Origin: a virus
Strand: one strand, 5' to 3'
IMG/VR virus record: IMGVR_UViG_3300029194_000007
Length of the DNA: 42,455 nt
Shown here: piece after piece, positions 7,959-16,018 of the stretch
Layout: the number at the start of each line of letters is the position of its first letter
How positions within the stretch are numbered: the first letter of the stretch is position 1
Translations under genes and position numbers: made by a program
The notes under the pieces: generated by a model
Database searches by the model: none
Told to the model about the DNA's origin: nothing
The model's input: only the letters and a program-made list of their open reading frames with translations

Positions 7959-7985
7959 GCCGGTATAGCGATACCGGCTTTTTTT
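7959..7985 (+). terminator. Textbook intrinsic terminator oriented on the + strand
   Basis: GCCGGTAT-agcg-ATACCGGC (8-bp stem) followed by TTTTTTT on the + strand. On the - strand it is followed by non-U-rich sequence. Confidence 0.6.
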
Positions 7986-8430
7986 ATTCCTTCTTTTCTT
8001 CCTTCTTCGATTCAAACAATATCTGTGCAGCCAATTTTGCGATATCTTCCTTGTTTTCAATTATCACACTCATTGTCTTTTCTGCTTTCCTCAATTCCGC
8101 CTTTTCCCATGATTTTTCCCTTACCGATATAAATTCGCAAAAAATGCAATAGACTGTCCAAATCATAGAGAAGACAGGGAAAGGTATAACGACACAGCAT
8201 AGTAAGTCGATAAAGCACAACTCCAAGAACGGTGTGAAGTACTTCTTTGCCTTGACAGCCGTTTTCTTGTAACCTGTCGATGTCCTTGCCTCGCCGCGCT
8301 GTTTGGCTTTCATAACTCCTGTCAACAGGTCTATAAACATAGCCCCAATAGTGACAGCGATACATAAGGCAATCAGCACGATGTGTGTCATCATGTGTTG
8401 TTGGATAAAGTTGTAAATTACATCTTTCAT
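7984..8430 (-). CDS. Holin (phage holin family with 3 TM segments)
   Basis: 148 aa. It has TM segments and the motif FIDLLTGVMKAKQRGEARTSTGYKKT, typical of the Bacteroides/Firmicutes phage_holin_4-type family. It sits next to the putative lysin. Confidence 0.7.
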   Translation of the reverse strand: MKDVIYNFIQQHMMTHIVLIALCIAVTIGAMFIDLLTGVMKAKQRGEARTSTGYKKTAVKAKKYFTPFLELCFIDLLCCVVIPFPVFSMIWTVYCIFCEFISVREKSWEKAELRKAEKTMSVIIENKEDIAKLAAQILFESKKEEKKE

Positions 8431-8462
8431 TTTGTCTGTTTTTAAGATTAATACTATATTTG
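8431..8462 (+). promoter_or_regulatory. Full Bacteroides-consensus promoter on the + strand (TTTG-N20-TATATTTG)
   Basis: TTTG at 8431-8434, a 20-nt spacer, and TAtaTTTG at 8455-8462. It points away from the holin into the intergenic gap. Confidence 0.5.
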
Positions 8463-8513
8463 CATGTATTTTTCATAGCAACAGGCCTAGTGAGGTTGTT
8501 GCATAAGTTTTTT

Positions 8514-8548
8514 CCCTGCATGCCTTCTCAGGTAGCAGGGATTTTTTT
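8514..8548 (+). terminator. Intrinsic terminator oriented on the + strand
   Basis: CCCTGC (8514-8519) / GCAGGG (8535-8540) with an inner CCT/AGG pairing, then aTTTTTTT (8542-8548). Confidence 0.5.
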
Positions 8549-10850
8549 ATGATATTAAAAGAAGTTCATTGGTAAACATATCTCCCAATCTTTCTTGGCC
8601 AAATGTGCTTGGATGGTTATCTGTCCCATTTTTACTTTTTATAACTTGCAATGACTTAGGACTTGTATTAATTTTTTTCCAAAGGTCAATTATCGGGATA
8701 TTCCAAAGTTCGGATATTTTTTGAAAGTCTGCTTTACCATTTGCATATTCAAAAGCACTATCTAACACAAGAACCATTCTTGCATTAGGGTTGAGTGTAT
8801 ACATCTTGTCCATTAAGAATAACAGCGCGCCTAAAAAAGTCGTTCTATGTTCAGCGAATCCTCTGCCATCGTTATAACTCCAAGTGTCTTTATTAAAGTT
8901 TTCCCAATCAGCATTTTCAAAATTTGTATTGTTGGGTACAACTGAATAAACCCATAGGTCAACATCCGCATTTTTAGCAGAAAAAACATTTTCCCATGTT
9001 CTGTAATAGGAATTGTAATTACTATCATCTCCAGGTTTCCAACTGTTTCCGTCAGTTGGCTTAGGAGTTTCGGGAATAGTAATTGTTGTAGCACCTGCTT
9101 GTTTTGCAGCTTCATATTCAGCCTTACTTAGACAAGTAGAGCCGTATGTTAATGGTGCAATTATACTTCCATGGTCATTATCTATTTTTGCGTGAATAGC
9201 TAACCCTGGGACACCTGCTGGTACAATTTCAAATCCTAATCTTTCAGATGCTATTTTTGCATAAGCTTTCTCCGCGTTACTCCCATACGCAACTGATGTC
9301 CCTATTATACATATTTTTTTTCCGAACCATTGATTGCCGTTATAAGTAACTTCCCCCGATTGCCCTTTTTGCAAAACCAAATCAGGTATTGAAAACTTTG
9401 TAGATAATACCTTATCCTTTCCAATGACGTAATTTCCATAAGGGTAATTTTTATTTATTGTCATCGCTAATTTATAAGCATTTACCGGTACTTGAAAATC
9501 AGAATCTCCACCATTTGCCGTAGAGAACTCTTCTACAACATTCCCATTTTTGTCCAATATAGCTCCACCTGTATCACCTATAGCATAATTGGACAAATCT
9601 AAACTATCATACTTATTTATGACCTGTTTGAAAACGATAGTCCAAAAATTACCTTCCGGTTCTTCATGGAATTGTCCGCCATAATATAAGCCTTCCTTTA
9701 ATTCGGTAGTTTCTTCGCTAGCTGTTATTTTTTCTGTTTTATTCTCCTCTTCAAAAACAACTTCTTTCATTTTTGAAAATGAGATACTTTTATCTAAAAT
9801 TTTTTCATTTGTTACAGATTTATCCGCTAGTTTTTCAGTGGTTACGATGTTATCGGGTAATTCTCTTTTTTTAGTAGATACGCCCAATATAATATTAGAC
9901 TTTCTGTCCGTATTGGTTACAAGCCTGACTGCGTAATTAGGTGGTATTAATATTGTTGTTTTTCCTGCGCCAAAAACGGGGAATGATACTTTGAAATTAT
10001 GATTATCCTTATCATAATATGCAACAGTCCCATAACTAATAGCATCTATACAAGGAAAGAACATTAAGGCTTGATACTGTCCGTAATTTCCTGAATAATC
10101 AATAAAATCACTGACAGAATAACCCCTTGATTCAACTATTTGTCCATTTGCCGATAATATATAATTATCAGTCCAATTAATGGCAATTTCATTGCCAACA
10201 ACATTTTCATTAGATATAATTCCGACCGAATATTGAAGTTTTGAAAACAATCCTTCATCTATTTTTCCAGTACTAATCGTTTTATTCTTAATTTTCGAAT
10301 TATCAATAGACTCATCAGGAATTTCATTCACAGAAAATGGAGCCGTTTCCAATTCTGCGCTGGCTTTAAAAATTAAAGTTTTTTTCAAATTAGTTTTAGT
10401 CGAGACTCTAACACAATATCCGGGTGGTATCAATATTGTTCTTTGCCCTCCTACTAGATAAAAAGATTTGATATGCTTCTTTGATGCTAAATCGTAATAT
10501 GCTAATAGAGGATAAGAAACCCCAATGCTTGCCGCTTCATACATTAGAGCTGAGTAAGCTCCATATTGTCCTTCATATTCGATGAAATCTGTTGTGGAAT
10601 ATCCATTACTTTTTACAATATCACCATCATTGTTTAAAATCTTATCGTCTTCCCAATTGTTTAAATTATCCCCATCCTTAATTATAAGATTAGAGGACGA
10701 AGTAACACATGATAACAATAAGTTTTTATTGTCCAATAAAGAGAGACTTTCCGTAAGGTTTTTACGCGTAGTCGGATGTACCACCGCATCAGTGGTTGTA
10801 GCAGGATAAATAGTCTGCCCGCCTTTGGTCAGTTTATGAATTTTAGCCAT
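8547..10850 (-). CDS. Tail fibre / receptor-binding protein with tandem beta-rich modules and a C-terminal SGNH/GDSL-like esterase domain
   Basis: 767 aa. The N-terminus MAKIHKLTKGGQTIYPATTTDAVVHP is typical of Bacteroides phage fibres. Two homologous modules of about 105 aa lie at 9879-10193 and 10362-10673. The C-terminus has KKICIIGTSVAYGS... and ...GTDNHPS, an SGNH-like pattern that is not a perfect fit. Confidence 0.65.
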   Translation of the reverse strand: MAKIHKLTKGGQTIYPATTTDAVVHPTTRKNLTESLSLLDNKNLLLSCVTSSSNLIIKDGDNLNNWEDDKILNNDGDIVKSNGYSTTDFIEYEGQYGAYSALMYEAASIGVSYPLLAYYDLASKKHIKSFYLVGGQRTILIPPGYCVRVSTKTNLKKTLIFKASAELETAPFSVNEIPDESIDNSKIKNKTISTGKIDEGLFSKLQYSVGIISNENVVGNEIAINWTDNYILSANGQIVESRGYSVSDFIDYSGNYGQYQALMFFPCIDAISYGTVAYYDKDNHNFKVSFPVFGAGKTTILIPPNYAVRLVTNTDRKSNIILGVSTKKRELPDNIVTTEKLADKSVTNEKILDKSISFSKMKEVVFEEENKTEKITASEETTELKEGLYYGGQFHEEPEGNFWTIVFKQVINKYDSLDLSNYAIGDTGGAILDKNGNVVEEFSTANGGDSDFQVPVNAYKLAMTINKNYPYGNYVIGKDKVLSTKFSIPDLVLQKGQSGEVTYNGNQWFGKKICIIGTSVAYGSNAEKAYAKIASERLGFEIVPAGVPGLAIHAKIDNDHGSIIAPLTYGSTCLSKAEYEAAKQAGATTITIPETPKPTDGNSWKPGDDSNYNSYYRTWENVFSAKNADVDLWVYSVVPNNTNFENADWENFNKDTWSYNDGRGFAEHRTTFLGALLFLMDKMYTLNPNARMVLVLDSAFEYANGKADFQKISELWNIPIIDLWKKINTSPKSLQVIKSKNGTDNHPSTFGQERLGDMFTNELLLIS

Positions 10851-10895
10851 ATAATTCTTATTTTAATTCGTAAATCTATTTTTATCGGTTCCCGA

Positions 10896-11411
10896 TTAAA
10901 GGAAACTACTCAATACATCTTCGTATTCTTTATCGGAAATTGGAGATGAAGAAAGCATCTCATTCTGCACATCCTTTACCACAGAGTCCTTTAATTTGGT
11001 ACGCTGCTCCTCTGTCATGGATTCCCATGTCATTGGGTCTCCCTTATCGCCTTTCTGGTAGTTTGGATAAACGTCAATTGTACCTGTACTGTCATCAGAC
11101 TTGCCATTGACAAGAACGATGCCTGTAAACTCCATGGATACAAGGTTACAGATACCATCAGCAAAATCAGCATCAGTAAGGTAATACTCGCGTCTGACCG
11201 TCAGGTTGCCCGGACGCATGCCATGATTATCAAACACAACCAGCAGGCTGCCATCATCCAGCCTGCGACAGCTCTTGTAGTCGTGTCCGTCGAAAGAGGC
11301 TACAACGGGTTTTGACAATGCTGTCTGATAAGTAAACCGGAAAGGAGTTTTCAGGTCTCCATTCAGGTTTTTCTCTATGATTTTAAAATCGGACTGATAA
11401 TTTATTCTCAT
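10896..11411 (-). CDS. Hypothetical tail-associated protein
   Basis: 171-aa ORF in the tail-fibre module. It contains a short KGDKGDP motif. Confidence 0.6.
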   Translation of the reverse strand: MRINYQSDFKIIEKNLNGDLKTPFRFTYQTALSKPVVASFDGHDYKSCRRLDDGSLLVVFDNHGMRPGNLTVRREYYLTDADFADGICNLVSMEFTGIVLVNGKSDDSTGTIDVYPNYQKGDKGDPMTWESMTEEQRTKLKDSVVKDVQNEMLSSSPISDKEYEDVLSSFL

Positions 11412-11413
11412 AA

Positions 11414-11629
11414 CTATGATATTGATGTCACATCGTCAATTTCCACGGCAGACAGATACTTCTTATCAGCGTCTACGGTTTTCTGATAAGGTGTTAAATC
11501 AGGTGCCACGTATCTTTTCAACGCATCGGTAGATAATCTTCCGTTTGTATTCCCTTCCTGAAAGGGTATGTTCTCCTTACCGTTCAGTGTTGTCCGTGCG
11601 TCAAGCTCGTTAATCGTTTTTCCTGCCAT
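11414..11629 (-). CDS. Hypothetical small tail-fibre-module protein
   Basis: 71-aa ORF. Its N-terminus, MAGKTINELD..LNGKENIPFQ, resembles fibre N-termini. Confidence 0.5.
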   Translation of the reverse strand: MAGKTINELDARTTLNGKENIPFQEGNTNGRLSTDALKRYVAPDLTPYQKTVDADKKYLSAVEIDDVTSIS

Positions 11630-11640
11630 AAGTATTTGTT

Positions 11641-12174
11641 TTACATTATAAACATTCTGCCAATCTCCGCCAATACGGTGATACCATTAACCTTGATTTC
11701 CCCATCTTCATTCCTGCCGATTGCAAACTCCTTATCCGAAGGGATAACTTCCGCAATGGAAACCAAATCATCGTCTGTGAGTGCCCTTTCGCTGACTGTA
11801 TAGTCATTGTCTGCCGAAGCGCATTCTCTTGCTTCTTCAAACTCGCGCATCAATGTTTTTTTCATTTCAACATAAGAGAGGTATTCCTCACTCTGCTTAA
11901 TCGACTCAAGCTCTTGTTTTTCTTCGTTGCTTATGTTTTCTTTCTTCTCCAATTCATTCACTCGCGGGAAGGCTTGGGCGTCATAGCCTTCGGGCTTCAA
12001 CTTGGCATAGATACCGCGCATATCCTCGTTAAAGCTCTCCATTGCCCTTTCGTAAGCTACCAAATTCAAGATTATCTTCACCTTCGTTTTATTGGCAAGC
12101 GGCGCACCCTCATCCGATTTCAGCGGCACGAGTTGCAAAAAACTCATTTTTCTGATGATTTCGTTGATTTTCAT
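11641..12174 (-). CDS. Hypothetical protein
   Basis: 177-aa ORF, acidic, operon-packed. Confidence 0.55.
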   Translation of the reverse strand: MKINEIIRKMSFLQLVPLKSDEGAPLANKTKVKIILNLVAYERAMESFNEDMRGIYAKLKPEGYDAQAFPRVNELEKKENISNEEKQELESIKQSEEYLSYVEMKKTLMREFEEARECASADNDYTVSERALTDDDLVSIAEVIPSDKEFAIGRNEDGEIKVNGITVLAEIGRMFIM

Positions 12175-12410
12175 TTTGCACCTCCTTCCTTGGGGATGGA
12201 AGACAATATGCTTCTAAGCATACTCTCTATATCTTCGATGGGAGCTTTCATGCCTACTGTCATGGTAAACCCTGTGGGCATGATAGAGGCTGTGCCGACA
12301 TAAGCATCTCCATCCAATACGATATATTGGATATCATTGGTTGTGTTGTTTGAGACCTTACCGTTTTCATAAAGCCTTGTAATACTTTCTTTTTTTCTTA
12401 TCAGTTCCAT
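12171..12410 (-). CDS. Hypothetical protein
   Basis: 79-aa ORF with a 4-nt overlap onto the downstream gene. Confidence 0.5.
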   Translation of the reverse strand: MELIRKKESITRLYENGKVSNNTTNDIQYIVLDGDAYVGTASIMPTGFTMTVGMKAPIEDIESMLRSILSSIPKEGGAK

Positions 12411-12436
12411 ATCTGTATAATTTAATGATTAGTATA

Positions 12437-13555
12437 TTATGGGTTAGGGTTCAAAGCCAAAGGATAAGCCTTCTTCGTGTACTTTCCGTTGGATAGTGTA
12501 ACATATACATAGTACTCTTGCAAGAAATTCATCAAATCAAATTGACCCGATATCACAACCGGATTGTCCAGAGTCAAATCCTTGTCTCCTAAAGATTTTT
12601 GCTGCTCACCTGCCTGGAACGGGTCGGTCACGTCACTCGTTATGAATCGCAGACTAATCCAATTGTTGCGAAGTGTCATATTGCCATTGGTAGCCTTTAA
12701 CTTGAGTTCCCACTTGACAGCCGTATTCAGACCTGTCATTGGATGCGTCACATACTCTGCATTCAGATTGATTACCAAACCACCCGCTTCTTCTTCCGAT
12801 ACATACTTAACCCTGCCGGGAGAGCAGTTCATAACGGGCAGGAACAAGTTAACCGAATCCAAGTCATAGATGCTATCAATCTTATTCATACAGAGAAACG
12901 GATATACATCATAATATTGACCTAGTGTCAGACCCCTGGCAGGCATTTCCAATGACACACCCGGCTTCACGTTCGCCAGTTTCCTTACGATTCTGTTGGA
13001 CGAGTCAACCAACATCGCCCCAAACCACCATGTTTCAAGGTTAGTCCCGAAATCTATATCGGACAACGTTATAGAGCCGGGTCCTGACTTATCCACATCG
13101 GTAATGTTGATTCCAACCGAACATGATATGGTTCCGGATTGGGATACTTTGGAATCGCACTGAAATGCGAATATGGGTGCCCATGCATTATGCTTGTACA
13201 ACAGAAAATCAGCCAACCTATACGGACTCCCACTTCCTCCCCAAGGTCTCTCATAGGTATACCCGTTCATCTTGTCTTCCGTATACAGCTTGGGGATTTC
13301 CTCATAAGACGCTACAGGGGGCGGCTTAATGCCGCAATTCCTCATCGAGCCTTTCCACCAAGCCCCTTCACCGTCAGACGGCATGCTCCTGTCAGGAGCA
13401 GCAGAGGCAATATGGACAGGCTTGCATCTTGACCACATATTAATCTCATGGCTCGTGCACAACCCGCTCACATTCGTTGCAGACGTCCCAAGAACGGAAG
13501 CAACGTCACTCCTCAGATTGACAGGAGACGTAATTACGTTATTCGAATTAGCCAT
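12437..13555 (-). CDS. Hypothetical structural protein (tail-tip module)
   Basis: 372-aa ORF between the membrane protein and small fibre-module genes. No motif recognised. Confidence 0.6.
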   Translation of the reverse strand: MANSNNVITSPVNLRSDVASVLGTSATNVSGLCTSHEINMWSRCKPVHIASAAPDRSMPSDGEGAWWKGSMRNCGIKPPPVASYEEIPKLYTEDKMNGYTYERPWGGSGSPYRLADFLLYKHNAWAPIFAFQCDSKVSQSGTISCSVGINITDVDKSGPGSITLSDIDFGTNLETWWFGAMLVDSSNRIVRKLANVKPGVSLEMPARGLTLGQYYDVYPFLCMNKIDSIYDLDSVNLFLPVMNCSPGRVKYVSEEEAGGLVINLNAEYVTHPMTGLNTAVKWELKLKATNGNMTLRNNWISLRFITSDVTDPFQAGEQQKSLGDKDLTLDNPVVISGQFDLMNFLQEYYVYVTLSNGKYTKKAYPLALNPNP

Positions 13556-13556
13556 A

Positions 13557-14033
13557 TCAATAGAGCAGTAACAGGGTTATATAAGTCGAGATAAAGGCAC
13601 ACATCTCCATCCAAAACACAGGCTTCCTGAACTTAAGGCATGCCAATACGATTACACCGCCAAGGAAGGTTATAAGAGGGACGTACCAAAAACTCATCAA
13701 CACTTGCCATACAAGAGAGGCAAGCGCGCAGATTCCCGCGCTTACATAATGGATATTGCGGTTATAGTCCTCCTTGAACAAGGGAGCCGAGCCGACAAAC
13801 GCCAATGATGCACTTGCGATGAACGCCAGGAATTGGTATTCTTCCTTGCTGGCTTCGATGAACGATGCAACCAGCAGGGAAGATTCGGCAAGACAGAAGA
13901 GCGTGAACAGCCAACCCCTCTTTCCAAGCCGATAGTATGTGTCACTGATACTTGCAGGGATGCCATACATCCCGACTGTATATCCGATATAGGATACAAA
14001 CAGAATAATCGAAATAATCAATAATGTAACCAT
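13557..14033 (-). CDS. Polytopic integral membrane protein embedded in the tail-fibre module
   Basis: 158 aa, almost entirely hydrophobic, with about 5 predicted TM helices by eye. Confidence 0.6.
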   Translation of the reverse strand: MVTLLIISIILFVSYIGYTVGMYGIPASISDTYYRLGKRGWLFTLFCLAESSLLVASFIEASKEEYQFLAFIASASLAFVGSAPLFKEDYNRNIHYVSAGICALASLVWQVLMSFWYVPLITFLGGVIVLACLKFRKPVFWMEMCAFISTYITLLLLY

Positions 14034-14038
14034 AGTTT

Positions 14039-16018
14039 TTAATTTATAAATTTACGTTTCAAATCATCAATCTCTTTGTGCAACTCAATTATCTGAGCCT
14101 GCAATACTGCCGTATATTGGGCATAGTTCACGGACAGGTAGCGTTCTTTCGAGCTGCCTTTAGTCACCAGCTCAGGATACAATTCTATCATGTCCTGTGC
14201 GATAAACCCTATACTTTCCTTTCCATCCTTGATATAACTGACAGGGGTGATGAACCCTCTGTTCCGTAGCGGTTTTATACTTGATTTTAAGCGGGCGTCC
14301 GAATAAGCGGTAATCTCACCGCTTGCAAGGAACGAACCCTGAACAACCGCCCTGTTATTAGAGGCTTCAAGCTCCAATCTAATCCCCGGGCTGTTACCTC
14401 CATCATCATTCGACACTGCTATCAGCATGGTTCCCCATGTGTCGTAATTAGGTCGATACGTGCCAATGGTGTATCTTGTCTGCCAACCAACACCGTCCAG
14501 TGTATCCTTCCAACTAAGAATCGGTCTACAGGAGTCGTGCATCATAAAGGATAATTGGTTAGCCCTGAATACGGCATTGTCCGGGTTGAAGTATATCGGC
14601 CATTGTAATTGCCAACGGTCTGTCATGCTAGACACAAACGAAGAATCGGTATTAGCATTACCTTCTGCATACAGATTAACTATGTGCGACTGATTATTAC
14701 CCAAGTATATCATTCTGCCGTTACTGGTGTAGAATCCAATACCATAGTATCCTGATATATCCATTCCGCTTGCACCGCCGGTGAATCTGATTCCATACCA
14801 AGGACTATCCCCATCGTGAGCATCATTAACATTTTCACCAATGACGTTACAATCAATCTCACCATTAACTGCCAAATCACCTGTTATCGTCCCGCCTGCC
14901 AAAGGCAGATACTTTCCTGTTACAATATCATCCTCCAATTGGGACAGTTTGGTCGGGTACGCAGGAAGAGATATCACCCCATTGGATACATTGTAAGGAG
15001 TCGTGCCCAGCTTTACCTGCTTGGCATATACACTGCCCAAGTCCGGTATGTGGGAAAAATGGATTTTCTTGGACGTGTCAGACTTGGCAAGCTCATCCCA
15101 CATGGCGTCTATATCCAAACCGCCACCGCCTTTTTTATTCGTCCACTTGTTTTTAATCGAGTCGTAGGTCAATACCTGTCCTTCCGATAGAGGAGTAACC
15201 AGGTCTACATCGTCCAGCATGTTCAATGAGGTAGCACCACTTCCACCACCGGTTGTCGAACCGAACGCAGCGAGGTCACCCGTAGCGTAGAAATTAACCA
15301 TAGACCCATCATCCTTCTCTACATATACGGCATTATTGGCTGCGTCATATTTCAGCAAGGCATTACCGATTTGGACATGCCCGGTTATGGCAAGATTTCC
15401 CGATATCGTCCCGCCTGTTAAAGGCAGGTACTTCCCTGCAATGACATCATCTTTCAGATCCGACAGTTTGGTCGGATAGGCAGGAAGGGAGATAACGCCT
15501 TTATCCGGACCATAAGAAACCTCTCCTAACTTTATCAGACTTATATATTTATCTCCTAAATCCGGTATGTGGGAAATGTCTATTTTTTTAGATATGTCCG
15601 ATTTCCCCAGCTCTTCCCACATGGCTTTCGTGTCAATACCTCCGGCACCCTTCTTGTTGGTCCATCTTCCTTTTTGCGCGTCATAAGTCAACACGTCCCC
15701 GTCCGGAATCGGCATCACCAAATCAACGTCTTCCAACATGTGCAGCGTAGTGGCACCACCTCCACCGCCGGAAGAGCCGCCTTTCCCAAACACGGATATC
15801 TCGCCCACCGAAAAGAAATTAGTTTTCGCGCCAATGCTTGTCAATTTTTCAGGATCATCAGGATCATCATAGTGCAACTCGAATGCAGAGTTCCATACTG
15901 ACTTATCCAGCTTTCCCGATATGTCAACAGGAGCCGAGAACCCCCCTCCAGCAGAAGGCGCAGAAGCTCCACTCCCGCCACGCGGTATTACTCTTGATAT
16001 GATCTTAATCTCAGCCAT
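14039..16018 (-). CDS. Tail fibre with C-terminal intramolecular chaperone (peptidase S74-type) domain
   Basis: The start is taken at MAEIKIISR (16018; ATGGCTGA overlaps the upstream stop). The C-terminus SDARLKSSIKP...IGFIAQDM..YPELV...LSVNY..Y matches the endosialidase/fibre auto-cleaving chaperone signature (Ser-x4-Lys). An internal duplication of about 130 aa is present. Confidence 0.75.
   Translation of the reverse strand: MAEIKIISRVIPRGGSGASAPSAGGGFSAPVDISGKLDKSVWNSAFELHYDDPDDPEKLTSIGAKTNFFSVGEISVFGKGGSSGGGGGATTLHMLEDVDLVMPIPDGDVLTYDAQKGRWTNKKGAGGIDTKAMWEELGKSDISKKIDISHIPDLGDKYISLIKLGEVSYGPDKGVISLPAYPTKLSDLKDDVIAGKYLPLTGGTISGNLAITGHVQIGNALLKYDAANNAVYVEKDDGSMVNFYATGDLAAFGSTTGGGSGATSLNMLDDVDLVTPLSEGQVLTYDSIKNKWTNKKGGGGLDIDAMWDELAKSDTSKKIHFSHIPDLGSVYAKQVKLGTTPYNVSNGVISLPAYPTKLSQLEDDIVTGKYLPLAGGTITGDLAVNGEIDCNVIGENVNDAHDGDSPWYGIRFTGGASGMDISGYYGIGFYTSNGRMIYLGNNQSHIVNLYAEGNANTDSSFVSSMTDRWQLQWPIYFNPDNAVFRANQLSFMMHDSCRPILSWKDTLDGVGWQTRYTIGTYRPNYDTWGTMLIAVSNDDGGNSPGIRLELEASNNRAVVQGSFLASGEITAYSDARLKSSIKPLRNRGFITPVSYIKDGKESIGFIAQDMIELYPELVTKGSSKERYLSVNYAQYTAVLQAQIIELHKEIDDLKRKFIN

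Noticed and set aside
7902-8132. 76-aa + strand ORF starting in the holin-lysin gap
   Set aside because: It reads straight through a strong + strand terminator (7959-7985) and then antisense into the holin. It is very unlikely to be translated.
8057-8521. 154-aa minus-strand ORF overlapping the holin in another frame
   Set aside because: The translation is Cys/Arg/Tyr-rich and non-protein-like, and it runs through the intergenic promoter/terminator gap. The holin frame has clear TM segments and family motifs.
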